This document shows, in pieces, positions 1 through 11,369 of a DNA stretch of 64,000 bases. Numbering within the stretch: the first letter of the stretch is position 1; each line of letters opens with the position of its first letter. The position numbers were made by a program, and so were the translations under genes. The stretch covers positions 184,264,001-184,328,000 of the forward strand of contig OX597815.1 in the NCBI GenBank assembly GCA_951406725.2, written 5' to 3'. The notes under the pieces are model-generated. The model made no database searches, was not told where the DNA came from, and was given only the letters and a program-made list of their open reading frames with translations. The stretch comes from Octopus vulgaris. Taxonomy: Eukaryota.

Positions 1-342
1 TGTAGTTCTGTAAACATAAAATAGTATGGGAGAGACAACGACACGGTTCTGCATCGAATTTTATCTCAATCGTATTCATGTCAGTGGCTAAATTATTGAA
101 ACACACACACAGACATACATACATACATATACAGAGGCTCCTGAAAGTCGGACGTGTACAATATTTTTTCCCACAATGTTTTTGTGTATTTTTCGAAACC
201 ATCAATAGTGTTAACCATATAAAAGTATTCATACAAACTACCTGATGGATTTCTAGAGTGAGCATACATTTGTAATGATAATTTGAATGCATTATCTTTT
301 GATATTACGAGCTATTGGCATGAAGACCTCATCACATTCTTG

Positions 343-755
343 TGGCGAGCTAGCAGAACCGTTAGCACGCCAGGCGAAATGCGTATCCGTATTTCGTCTG
401 CCGTTACGTTGTGTGTTCAAATTCCGCCGAGGTCGACTTTGCCTTTCATCCTTTCGGGGTCGATAAATTAAGTACTAGTTACGCACTGGGGTCGATGTAA
501 TTGACTTAATACCTATGTCTGTCCTTGTTTGTCCCCACAATGTTTAGCCCCTTGTGGGTAATAAAGAAATACGTGTTTCGTCTGCCGTTTCGTTCTGATT
601 TCAAATTCCGCCGAGGTCGACTTTGCCTTTCATCCTTTCGGGGTCGATTAAATAAGTACCAGTTACGCACTAGAGTCGATATAATCGACTTAATCCGTTT
701 GTCTGTCCTTGTTTATCCCTTCTGTGTTTAGTTCCTTGTAGGTAGTAAAGAAATA
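343..755 (+). mobile_element. SINE family A: one full copy followed by a tandem 5'-truncated copy
   Basis: tRNA-like head GGCGAGCTAGCAGAACCGTTAGC...GTTCAAATTCC, central GAGGTCGACTTTGCCTTTCATCCTTTCGGGGTCGATAAATTAAGTAC (resembles the Meta/MESC SINE domain, from recall), tail ...CCCCTTGTGGGTAATAAAGAAATA; the same sequence recurs more than 10 times in the window. Confidence 0.9.
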
Positions 756-990
756 AGAGTACTCTTTTAATTGTTTCAGTCATTTGACTGTGACCATGCT
801 GGAGCACGGCCGTTAGTTGAGCAAATCAACCCAAGGACTTATTCTTTGTAAGCCTAGTATTTATTCTATCGGTCTCTTTTACCGAAGCGCTAAGTTACGG
901 GGACGTAAACACACCAGCATCGGTTGCCAAGCAATGCTGGGGGGGGCGGTCAAACAGACGCAAACATACACACACACACACACACACACA
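756..990 (-). mobile_element. SINE family B, 3' half
   Basis: Matches the 3' half of full copies at 22066-22492 and 50875-51309 and ends in the internal (CA)n tract. Confidence 0.85.
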
Positions 991-1369
991 GATTTTTTGT
1001 ATCGACAATACCTGTCATCTGTGTTCAATAAATAATAACAAATATCGATGCGAATACAAATATGCAATATAATTTACTATCAACATGACTTCTATTTTTT
1101 AAACTTTGTGTTAACAACAAACAAGATGAGAACAAATATCCGTCAAATGTAAATAATGAAGAATTTGAATAACTTACAGAATGCTAAATGAAAAAGAAAA
1201 AAATTCTAGAGTAGAAGTTAGAGAACGACATGAAAATGCAGAAGACACAAAAATCAGTGGTAATTACTTGAGGCGGATCATTTAAGTTTATTATTGAAGA
1301 AACAGATGAAAGTCATAAGAAGCGAATTAGATTTAAATATATTCAAATTATAAAAATTGTAGCTTAAAT

Positions 1370-1942
1370 GGTTTCAAATTTTGGTTGAAGGCGGGCAAGG
1401 TCGGCGGAACAGTCTAGTTGATTAGATCAATCCCAGTGCTCAAATACCTATTTCTTTATTACCCACAAGGGGCTAAACATAGAGGGGACAAACAAGGACA
1501 GAAATAGGTATTAAGTCGACTTCGGCGGAATTTGAACTCACAACGTAACGCAGACGAAATACCTATTTCTATTTCTTTATTACCCACAAGGGGCTAAACA
1601 CAGAGGGGACAAAGAAGGACAGACATAGGTATTAAGTCGATTACATCGACCCCAGTGCGTAACCGGTACTTAATTTATCGACCCCGAAAGGATGAAAGAC
1701 AAAGTCGACCTCGGCGGAATTTTAACTCACAACGTAACGCAGACGAAATACCGCTAAGCATTTCGCCCGGCGTGCTAACGTTTCTGCCAGGTCGCCGCTC
1801 AAATACCACTTAATTTATCAAGCTAGAAATGATGAAAGGTAAAGTCGACTTCGGTGGAATTTGAACTCAGAACATAAAGACGGACGAATTGCTGCAAAGC
1901 ATATTTCTCGGCGTGCTAATGATTCAGCCAGTCACCTCCCTA
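1370..1942 (-). mobile_element. Cluster of about four nested or tandem SINE A copies
   Basis: Reverse complement of family A; near-complete copy at about 1570-1797 with partial copies on both sides. Confidence 0.85.
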
Positions 1943-2054
1943 ATGCAGATTAATATGATAAAGTTTGCAAAAATACCATTTTTTTTTCAGAAGAAAATTT
2001 ACACCATTATTTTATGAGCCCAGGAGTATTTTTTGAAATTATGTTGTTTTTTCG

Positions 2055-2250
2055 TTGGAGCTATGCCAGGTTCATGAGGGCCGGTTTCCCGGTTTCAGTG
2101 GCGTTTAAGTTCCACACCTGGGTGCACTGGAGCAACAGGAAATGAAGTGTTTTGCTCAAGAACAACAACGCCATCGCTTGGTTCAGGAATCGAAACCACA
2201 ATCTTGCGTTCATGAGTCCAACACCCTAACCACTAAGCCACGCACCTTCA
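2055..2250 (-). mobile_element. SINE family C
   Basis: Reverse complement of 41222-41470 (GCGTGGCTTAGTGGTTAGGGTG...GGTTTCGATTCC...TTGAGCAAAACACTTCATTTC). Confidence 0.85.
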
Positions 2251-3261
2251 CGTTTGAAAGTATAGCAGTACTAAATTATTTTCCCCAGAGTAGCTATCTT
2301 AGGGCAACTTCAATGAAAATACTTTGTAAAAGAATGTTACCTAAGTGATGCAGACCATCAGCACCGTGCCTTCCTGCTTTAATGAGCAAGCTCAAAGAAT
2401 TTTAATTAGGATTTTGATACAAGGACGTTCTACCTTGCATCAAAATGCTTCAAATTAGAGATATAATTTGATAACGTTACTGCATTTCCTCCACTCTCTT
2501 TTCTGAACGTAGGAGAACGACTGATGTAAAGTTCTTTGAATTTTCCGTCCAGTTTATCGCTATTAAATGCCTCTACATCGAGAGACATTCGCTAAAATAT
2601 GGAGGGCCATACAGCAATAAGATTAAATAAATCAACACTCGTCGGTTACGCTTTCTGGTGATTATTTTATTTGAAGACACTATTAGTGTACTCGTGGACA
2701 TTTTTACGGCCCATTTTGAGGTACAATATAGGCAAAAATCTTATCCCCAGTCAGTAATAATATCCTGTCATTTACTTCCTAATCCCTTAGTTAATTTCTT
2801 GGTCAATCACTCGAATCAGGTTTTCTTATTCTGGCTCCCGTAACATCTATTCTTTTCTCTAACCGTCGTTCCTATTGTACCTTCTTTCTTGATTAACAAT
2901 TCCCAATCTTTATTATATTAACTGCCGCTTTATCTTTCATCATGCGACACCTTCGAGCTTCATTTCTCGATTTAATTTCATTCCTTTAACCCAAGTTAAT
3001 AACTCACGTTGTACTAATTTCCCTCTTTATTCCTAATTATTATTTCTTCCCTTTGCACTTCTCCGGTCTTTTGTTTATTATCTCAGCTTCTCGCGATTCA
3101 ATTCTCGCTGTTGCCCTCTAAGATCATTCTCCGCCGTAATACTCCAAATTCTCTTTCAGTAATAAGGTAAATTAAAATGCACTTGGATATTACGTAGTTG
3201 GTAGTACCCGTATCTAGAAAATACTGTTACACATTTATTACAAAGAAGATTATATAGATAT

Positions 3262-3630
3262 ATTTCGTTTTTGGATTTGGTTTGCTAGATCCTTTATGTG
3301 AGTTCGTGTGTTGAAGCATATTCTGTTGTGTCTGGGGAGAGTCATTTTCTTTTTGTGCCTCATAATTTAACACACTCACCGGTAAACTTTCCACTTATTT
3401 CTTTGTTTTTATTTTCCTAAAATTTTCTTTGCGTCTTGCAAGTTTTTCAATAGTCTTGACTATTGAAAGCTTGCAAGACGCAACACTTATTTCTTTGTAT
3501 TTATTTTCCTAAAATTTTCTTTGCGTCTTGCAAGTTTTTCAATAGTCTTGACTATTGAAAACTTGCAAGACGCAAAGAAAATTTTAGGATAATAAAAACA
3601 AAGAAATAAGTGGAAAGTTTACCGGTGAGT
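3262..3630 (-). mobile_element. Fold-back short element (Penelope pLTR-like) with two hairpin turns
   Basis: Apex CAATAGTC-TT-GACTATTG occurs twice (about 3448-3465 and 3540-3557) with inverted arms; homologous to 41817-42057. Confidence 0.75.
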
Positions 3631-3648
3631 ATATTTAGATAAAGATGT

Positions 3649-3952
3649 TTCGAAAAAGGAATGTAGCACCCCCATTCTTGTTCGAAAATATAAGGACACA
3701 TTGTGTCGTATAGCCAGCTGGAGATGATGTCTCCTGGGGCTAAATTAGAGCAACATTCGTCATAAAGCAGAACTGCCATGTTATGTTGGCAAACAATCTT
3801 TACTACAAAGGACTGTTGCTGAATATCTCTCGTTGTGAGAGTTACAAATAGTAATTTTCTAATGTTTAATGCATATTCCATAGAAATTACTGTTTCTATA
3901 GTTGTTATACAGTTGGTGTTTTTTATACCCAATTTTTGCAGTGCCGTATGAC
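3649..3952 (-). pseudogene. Decayed OB-fold ssDNA-binding protein relic, SOSS-B/NABP-like
   Basis: Translation GIKNTNCI..ET...VTLTTRD-(20 aa)-YDECCSNLAPGDII, then after a frameshift AGYTTQCVLIFSNKNGG, parallels NABP GLKNLNLI..ET..VTKTKD-(20 aa)-WDDVGNLIQPGDII..KGY..GCLTLYTGRGG (recalled sequence, no search run). Confidence 0.5.
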
Positions 3953-4369
3953 ATGTGGTGGCAGGTGGGTGTATTGAAGAAAGAGGGTGCGGGTATCAAA
4001 CTGAACGCTGGGGACCACCAAAGTGATTGAAACTGCGACATATATTTCCACTAGCATACGCTGTGTAATAAGAAATTTTATATATATGAAATTGCATAAA
4101 GCTGCATAGTAATGACAAACCTATTATTAGATATCTGTATGTTAATTTTGGAAGTTCTGAATATTTTTTGGCATATCATTTGTTGAAGAATTCAGTCGAA
4201 GACCTAAGCGGTCATTTCGGAAGACACAGTCTGTGACACGTGCGAAACTGTCCACATGAACTCAGTTGTTTTTCTCAAATTTTTAGTATGCAACAAACTT
4301 AATTATCGGGCTTGATAATTAAGCCTCCTTCCCCCAAATTTCGGGCCGTGTCCCTAGAGTAAAAAAGAA

Positions 4370-4548
4370 ATGTTAGCACGCCGGGCAAAATGTTTCGCGT
4401 CATTTTGTGAGACTTTACGATATGAGTTCAAATTCCACCGGGGTCGATTTGCTTCTCATCCTTTCGAGCACTTCTGTAGACATATCGAATTAATCGTCTT
4501 ACCACTCACTGGAAATCGCTGTCCTTCTTCCAAAATTTGAAACCAATA
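4370..4548 (+). mobile_element. SINE A, diverged
   Basis: GTTAGCACGCCGGGCAAAATG...GAGTTCAAATTCCACCGGGGTCGATTTGC...CCAAAATTTGAAACCA. Confidence 0.75.
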
Positions 4549-6111
4549 TATCAAGTCACCATTTTCTACAGACTTTTTATCAGATCATAAGCGATTACAG
4601 GGTTATTCGTCAGCGAATCATTTCTGCCAATAAAGAACGAAATAATCCAGCTTAACTGGTATCATTAAACATATAAGATACAGTAAAAAATATCTTGCTA
4701 TGTGCTTGCGACAAATAAATGCCAGCCGATGTATCATGTTATTATCATGATCAATGAGATATGCCAATCAGCAGAAGCGAAATGCATGTGACTGACCATA
4801 GTTGCTTATTGCCGCTGAAAAATAATCATTTTATAATTGTCAGTTGTGCTATAAAGAAGAATTTCAAACTTTATACTGCAGCATATTAATTCAAAAGGTA
4901 TGTTATAACTCTTGTTTAATTTCCAATTTTATTTTACAAATCTATGTTTTTTCAAATGATATATATATATATGTATATATTCTCATGTTCAGTTATTGTC
5001 AAGTCTTTTTACTTAACTATCTAACTACCGTTTTATTTCCGTCATTCTTTCTCTGTTTTTGTTTTGCATACTTCCTGCTACATTTCCTAGTTCTCTCTCC
5101 ATCTGGCATTGTTTTCTCTCTACATTTGTATCTACCCACATACCCTCTCTTAGATCTTTAGCTTACCTTCCTATTTCCTTCCTTGTCTTCCGATTTCACT
5201 TAACAATTCTTCTTGCCGTTTCCCCTACTTCACATAGCTTTTCACTGGTCACCTTCATTTAACGGTTTTCTTTCTACAGCCTTTCTTTCATCATATCTGT
5301 TTATCTCTAAATTTCTTGCAACTTCTTTTTCGATTCATCCATTCTTACTCTACCTCTTTTTTCTCTAAATGGTTCTTCGTCCCTCTGCCTTTCTCTCAAC
5401 TCACTAATACTCTATTTTTCCCCCTAAAAAGAATTATGTGCTCTTTTCGCTTTCGAAATTACCCGTTTTATTTCAACACTGATCTCAGTTCCTATTTTTC
5501 TAGCTCTTTATCTAAGAGTATAAATTAAATTCTAGGTCCTAGCTTGTCTATGTTCACGATGTTAGTTTTCAAGAAAAATTTTCTATCTACTTTTATGCTA
5601 TATATTGAGCAATATTGACGGAAGATTTCGAAATTGTTATTATTTTTAGAATAATAAAATCAGGAATTGAGCTAGCATGTCCACGATCATAATGTTTTCC
5701 ATTTTTTCCTATATTCTTGCATTCTCTTTTTCCACATGTTATCTCACACGCGCGCACGGACGTACAAATATGCATACACTCACGCACACACTTCTTGGCT
5801 TCAGGGATATTTAATATTGCTCTTCGTTATGCATTCGATAATATTATTTTAATGGCCCGTTTAATAAGCTCTATACTAAATATATTTTCGATATTTACTT
5901 CGCAGGGTAAAAATTGTCTGCATTTATCTTCGCTCTTTCAACGTTATCTAAATAAACCAAAGATATAAAGGCTTGCTTGTGGTTATTTTTCTAGTTTAAC
6001 GCAAATGCTTTAGTAGTAATATAATTAATTATAGACTAAATCTAAAATAATTTTAACAAACGAAAACCCGTGCTACTCTTTCTTGTTTAATTTCATAATA
6101 TTTATAATCGT

Positions 6112-6295
6112 TTGCACGACGGGCGAAATGCTTAGCGGTATTTCGTCTGCCGTTACGTTCTGAGTTCAAATTCCGCCGAGGTCGACTTTACCTTTCATTC
6201 TTTTGGGGTCGATAAATTAAGTACCAATTACGCACTGGGGTCGATGTAATCGACTTAATACATATGTCTGTCCTTGTTTGTCCCCTCTATGTTTA
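6112..6295 (+). mobile_element. SINE A, truncated
   Basis: High similarity to 12070-12300. Confidence 0.85.
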
Positions 6296-6494
6296 CATGC
6301 AGGAGGAAAGGAGGAGAGAAATTTGTGGTGAAAGAGACAGCAGAAGTTCACCATTACCTTCTGGTGGAGCCGCGTGGATCTTATGTGTTTCGTTCACAAT
6401 ACACACAAACGCATACATCGACTGGTCTGAGATTTAAACCCGCGAATTCTCGACTGCGAGTCTGCTGCTCTAACCACTAGGCCATGTGCCTCCA
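6296..6494 (-). mobile_element. SINE family D (tRNA-derived)
   Basis: Minus-strand head GGAGGCACATGGCCTAGTGGTTAGAGCAGC...GCGGGTTTAAATCTCA with A and B boxes; second copy at 55945-56138. Confidence 0.8.
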
Positions 6495-6942
6495 AGCCGT
6501 AGTAATAACTTCCTCTAATCTCAGAGTAGTAGCTCTCTCCCAGTGTGTAATTGTTGCTGTTGTTTTCTTTAAACGACCATGTTTGTTTGGAAATATACTT
6601 GCAAACAAATATGATTTTTAATGAAACCCTAATATTTTTAACGAACTTTTTAATATTATCTCAGTTTACTTCCTTATAAACTGGTTTTATCATTTATTAT
6701 CAAAGAATGTATATATAAGTATTTTAATACTTTTGTGACAACCAGTACTTAACACAACAAAACTTTTACAAAGCTTTACATTTTACTTTGGCAATCTTTT
6801 TCTAAAAAAGTGAAACCGGTCAAGTGAATAAACATCTTTAAAATTGCATTTTCATATCTATTTCTACTCGTGCCGTACTTTCCAACTTCACTTTCTTTTA
6901 CACAAACACACACACACACACACATATATAGATACATACATA

Positions 6943-7173
6943 CATTGTTGACCAAACGATACCTGACAGTAACTCAAAACCATTTAATTCCATGATGTAT
7001 TTATGTTTAACAACTGAATGAATTTAGAAAAAGGCATCTAAATATGAAACATGATGAAAATTGTTTAAACCGACGTCCTTCTCATATAAATTCATAATTG
7101 CAATGAGTAAATAAAATTGAATATTAAGTATTTATGGCAGTTTGATTTACAGTCGGCTGACTTTTGGCCAACC

Positions 7174-7176
<3 letters not shown>
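6943..7176. mobile_element. Tc1/mariner-type MITE
   Basis: TA|CATTGTTGACCAAA at the left and TTTGGCCAACCCTG|TA at the right form imperfect terminal inverted repeats with TA flanks; no ORF. Confidence 0.6.
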
Positions 7177-7207
<31 letters not shown>

Positions 7208-7211
<4 letters not shown>

Positions 7212-7592
7212 TTGTTTTAGTCACTTGATTTCGGCCATGCTGGAGCATCACTTTTAGTCGAACAGATCGATCCGAAGACTTATTCTTTGTAAGCCTAGTA
7301 CTTAGTCTATCGTTTACTTTTGCCTAACCGCTACGCTAAGTTACGGGGACGTAAATACACCAACATAGTTTGTCAAGCGATGGGGGAGGGGAAACATAGA
7401 CACAAATGACAAATATGCAAATATATACGACAGGCTTCTTTCAGTTTCCGTCTAGCAAATCCACTTACAAGGTTTTGGTCGGCCCGTGGCTATAGTAGAA
7501 AATATTTACTCAAGGTGTCACGCAGCGGGACTGAACCCAAAACCATGTGGTTGCGAAACAAGGTTCTTACTATGCAGCCACCCCTGCGCCTA
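7208..7592 (-). mobile_element. SINE family B, near full length
   Basis: Minus-strand tRNA-like head AGGCGCAGGGGTGGCTGCATAGTAAG...GGTTCAGTCCC, body, and CAGCATGGCC...GACTAAAACAAG tail. Confidence 0.88.
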
Positions 7593-7614
7593 TATACATA
7601 CATGCACACACAAA

Positions 7615-7712
<98 letters not shown>

Positions 7713-7729
7713 TATATAGTCGCTTATCA

Positions 7730-7950
7730 TGCACTTGTTTCAGTCATTAGACTGCGGCCATTTTGAGGCACCGCATTCAGGAATTTTTAGACGAATGAAC
7801 GAACTACAATCGTTATTTTTTAAAAGCCTGATATATTTATTGTCTTTCTTTCTCAAATCGCACCGCTAAGTTACGAGAATGCAAACACACCAATACTACT
7901 TGTTAAGCTGTGGTGAGGGACAAACAGCGACACAAACACAGGCAGAAATA
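7730..7950 (-). mobile_element. SINE B, diverged 3' part
   Basis: CTTGTTTCAGTCATTAGACTGCGGCCAT...CCGCTAAGTTACG...GGACAAACA. Confidence 0.7.
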
Positions 7951-7964
7951 TATACATTTATATA

Positions 7965-8468
7965 TTCGCTTTGCAAGATTCTTCATGTGAATCCGTGTGT
8001 TGAAACAGATATTGTTGTATTTGTAGATGGTCATGTTGCCGCTTTGGTCAATAAACACACACGCACTATATATTTGGTGTTCACTTGCTTCAACTTTATT
8101 TCATATTAATTATATTTCGGCGAGGTGTTTCGTTACACTTCTGTGACTTCATCATTGGTCCTTTGCTTTTTTTTTTTGTTTCTCTCCTTACTAATGATCT
8201 GCCATTTTGTATCCTGTTGTATATGTCTTTATTTGCGCATGCAACAGGAATACAAAATGGCAGATCATTAGTACGGAGCGACACACACAAAAAAAAAAAA
8301 TGAAGAAAGCAAAGGACCAGCAACAAGGTCACAGAAGTTTGACGAAAGAACTCTGTCTGAAATAGAGTTAATATAAAATAAAGCTGAAGCAAGTGAACAC
8401 CAGATATATAGTGCGTGTGTTTTCATTGGCTAAACTGGCGACGTGACCATCCCCAAATACAATAATAA
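7965..8468. mobile_element. Fold-back element with inverted arms of about 210 bp
   Basis: About 8010-8219 is the imperfect reverse complement of about 8242-8468 (e.g. TACTAATGATCTGCCATTTTGTAT / ATACAAAATGGCAGATCATTAGTA); shares the header TTGCAAGAT..GTGTGTTGAAACAGATATTG with 38885 and 55495. Confidence 0.8.
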
Positions 8469-8502
8469 ATAAATAAATATATATATATATATATATTTAT
8501 AT

Positions 8503-8737
8503 AACGGGAAGCTTTATGAACATAGACAAAAGACGAAGGCAGGTTTACGGAAATAAACAAAAGACGAAGGCAGGTGGAATACAAACAAACAATTGTATTA
8601 GTATGGCGCTCAGGAAATATAATAATACCAGTCTTTAACGTTTCGAGCCTACGCTCTTCAACAGAAAGATACACAGAGAAGAAACACAGAAAGAAGGAGA
8701 GAAAAAAATGCGTGCAGAGGCTAGCGAATCAACATGG

Positions 8738-8740
<3 letters not shown>
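8503..8740 (-). mobile_element. Short hammerhead-bearing element (family E) embedded in (TA)n
   Basis: Homologous to 60735-60892 and related to 46757-47210; contains the motif at 8632-8669. Confidence 0.65.
8632..8669 (-). ncRNA. Minimal type I hammerhead-like motif, non-canonical core
   Basis: TCTTT-CTGTTGAA-GAGC(GTAG)GCTC-GAAAC-GTT-AAAGA: 5-bp stem I, 4-bp stem II, palindromic stem III (AACGTT), A6 replaced by U. Confidence 0.55.
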
Positions 8741-8799
<59 letters not shown>

Positions 8800-8800
<1 letters not shown>

Positions 8801-8945
8801 GGGCTTCTTTTAGTTTCTGTCTACCAAAACCGCCTACAAGGTACTGGTCGGCCGGAGGATATAGTGGAAGACCTTTGCTCAAGGAGCCACATATTAGGAC
8901 TGAACCTGGAACTAGGTGTTTGGAGGGCAAGCTTCTTACCACGTA
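8800..8945 (-). mobile_element. SINE B, diverged 5' part
   Basis: GGGCTTCTTTTAGTTTCTGTCTACCAAA...GGACTGAACCTGGAAC...AAGCTTCTTACCAC. Confidence 0.7.
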
Positions 8946-9324
8946 CCGAAGCCTACAACCATTTGTTCCTTTCACCGTCTCCACGTTTATACAGTGTGTT
9001 CATAAAGTCTCTCCGCAGTCACTGTTTTTCATCCTGAATCTCCGACAGTCACTCTCCAAGATGTATTTCAAAACAAGTCTACTTATTTATTGAAAACAAC
9101 GAAGGACTGCACTTCCAACACCTAATAAATGTTTTTAAAGTGTTTGTAAAGTCTAATAAATTATTTTGTAGTCTTATACAATCTTATGAATATTAATTTA
9201 GCAATAAAATATTTACTGCGGTGAGAATTTTTGAACAGCCTGTATAATAAATATTCATCATTCTCTCAGCAACAGAAATGTATATCAACACTAAAAATGA
9301 AAAAAAGAAAAGAAATACACAGAC

Positions 9325-9364
9325 ACACACACACATACATATGTATATATATGTATGTATGTAT

Positions 9365-9398
<34 letters not shown>

Positions 9399-9453
9399 GT
9401 ATATGTATATATATGTATGTATGTATATGTATATATATGTATGTATGTATATG

Positions 9454-9484
<31 letters not shown>

Positions 9485-9635
9485 GTATATGTATATATAT
9501 GTATGTATGTATGTATATGTATGTATGTATATGTATATATATGTATGTATATGAATATGTATGTATGTATGTATATGTATGTATATGTATATATATGTAT
9601 GTATATGTATATATATGTATGTATGTATGTGTATG

Positions 9636-9666
<31 letters not shown>

Positions 9667-9705
9667 GTATATGTATGTATGTTTATATATGTATGTATGT
9701 GTATG

Positions 9706-9741
<36 letters not shown>

Positions 9742-9939
9742 TGTATATGTATGTATGTATATGTATGTATGTATATATATGTATGTATGTATGTATATAT
9801 ATGTGTGTGTGTATATGTATGTGTATATGTATATGTATGTATATGTATGTATATATGTATATGTATATATATGTATATATGTATATGTATATATATGTAT
9901 ATATATATATGTATGTATGTGTATGTATATATGTGTATG

Positions 9940-10026
<87 letters not shown>

Positions 10027-10205
10027 GTGTATATATGTATGTGTATGTATGTATGTATATATATGTATGTATGTGTATGTATGTATGTATATGTATGTAT
10101 GTATGTGTATGTATGTATGTATATGTATGTATGTATATATATATGTATGTATGTATATGTATGTATGTATGTATATGTATGTATGTATGTATATATATAT
10201 TTATA
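9325..10205. repeat. Compound (TA)/(TATG) microsatellite, about 0.9 kb
   Basis: Directly visible. Confidence 0.97.
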
Positions 10206-11139
10206 TGTAATCATGAGTTTAAATTTCAGCTTCTGAAGAAATGACGGATATTTATTACATGAAAGTATAGCAATTCTGTTATTGAAAGACATGCACGATC
10301 GTTACCAACTGTTATTTGAAAAAATCCTTTTAAATATGTCGTTTATTTGCGTGATAAACTTAAGAACTCGTTAGTAATAGTGTTCGTTATTTAGTAATTC
10401 CCATAGCTCCCATATTCATTTTCTATGTTCTTGTTTATAGGTTTCTGAATTAAATCGGATACATTTTGTCATGGAAATTATACCATCTGTTTGTCTCACT
10501 AGTTATATTTATATATACAGGTGTGCACATAAATATATAAAGTTTTATGCCATTACTTATGTATTTTTAACACTTCAATGATAAAGATTTTTCAAGTTTT
10601 ATATATTCATTTTAAATGCTCCGAGGAAGCTGTAAAATGAAGCACATATACGCAGCGCTGACGTATAGCAGAAATGTCCGGAAGCTAATGAAGTTGATTA
10701 TGCAATTTTTATTTCATTGGCAATCCATTCATTTCAGACACACACACACGCACATATGTGCGTGTGAGTGTGTGTAAAATTAGACTGATCGGTCTACGAC
10801 CACTGCTTACAAATGAGCTCAAATGAGAAGATTGTTTAGCTAAGCAGGTTATTAGTAGCTTTTACCGTTACAATTCTGTAAATATTAACTTATTCCAATG
10901 ATATTCAAAGACACGACAGCTAGATATCGTGAATTCACATCTTTCTGAAGTAGCTGAGAGAAAAAGAATGCTGTTTAAATGGTTGACTGTGTTACATTCA
11001 TTGAAGTGTGGATTATCTGTTTTTAGCAGCCACTCGTTCATGTAACCTTAAATAGTAAAATGATTGCCCATTCGGACATGGAGTTCCGATACAAAAATAA
11101 TATAAGAAATGAATGCAGGTATTTGTGGGATTTTTAACC

Positions 11140-11369
11140 GTATTTTTCAAATCGCGGGCGTTGCGGTCCAAATCCCCACTAACACCGTGATAGGTGAAAG
11201 TCCGCGAAGTAAAAGTAGTATTGTGATGTATATGTTTTTTAAATGATTTTTATAATTTGTATGTATTTATTTTATTATAAATACAAAAACAACACCAAGA
11301 AAGTAATCGACGTAAGCTTAAACAATAAACCGCGATTGGTGAACCGTGATATGTCGGGGGATTATTGTA
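11140..11369. mobile_element. pogo/Tigger-like MITE relic
   Basis: Repeated CCG(C/T)GATA motifs and right end CCGTGATATGTCGGGGGATTATTG|TA typical of pogo-type TIRs; left TIR degenerate. Confidence 0.45.

Noticed and set aside
2300-2900. Possible old LINE endonuclease relic (similarly 54800-55140 and 56440-56700)
   Set aside because: Too decayed to assign motifs reliably by eye
9231-10292. ORFs of 200-330 aa rich in Y, I, M, V and C
   Set aside because: Microsatellite translation artefacts
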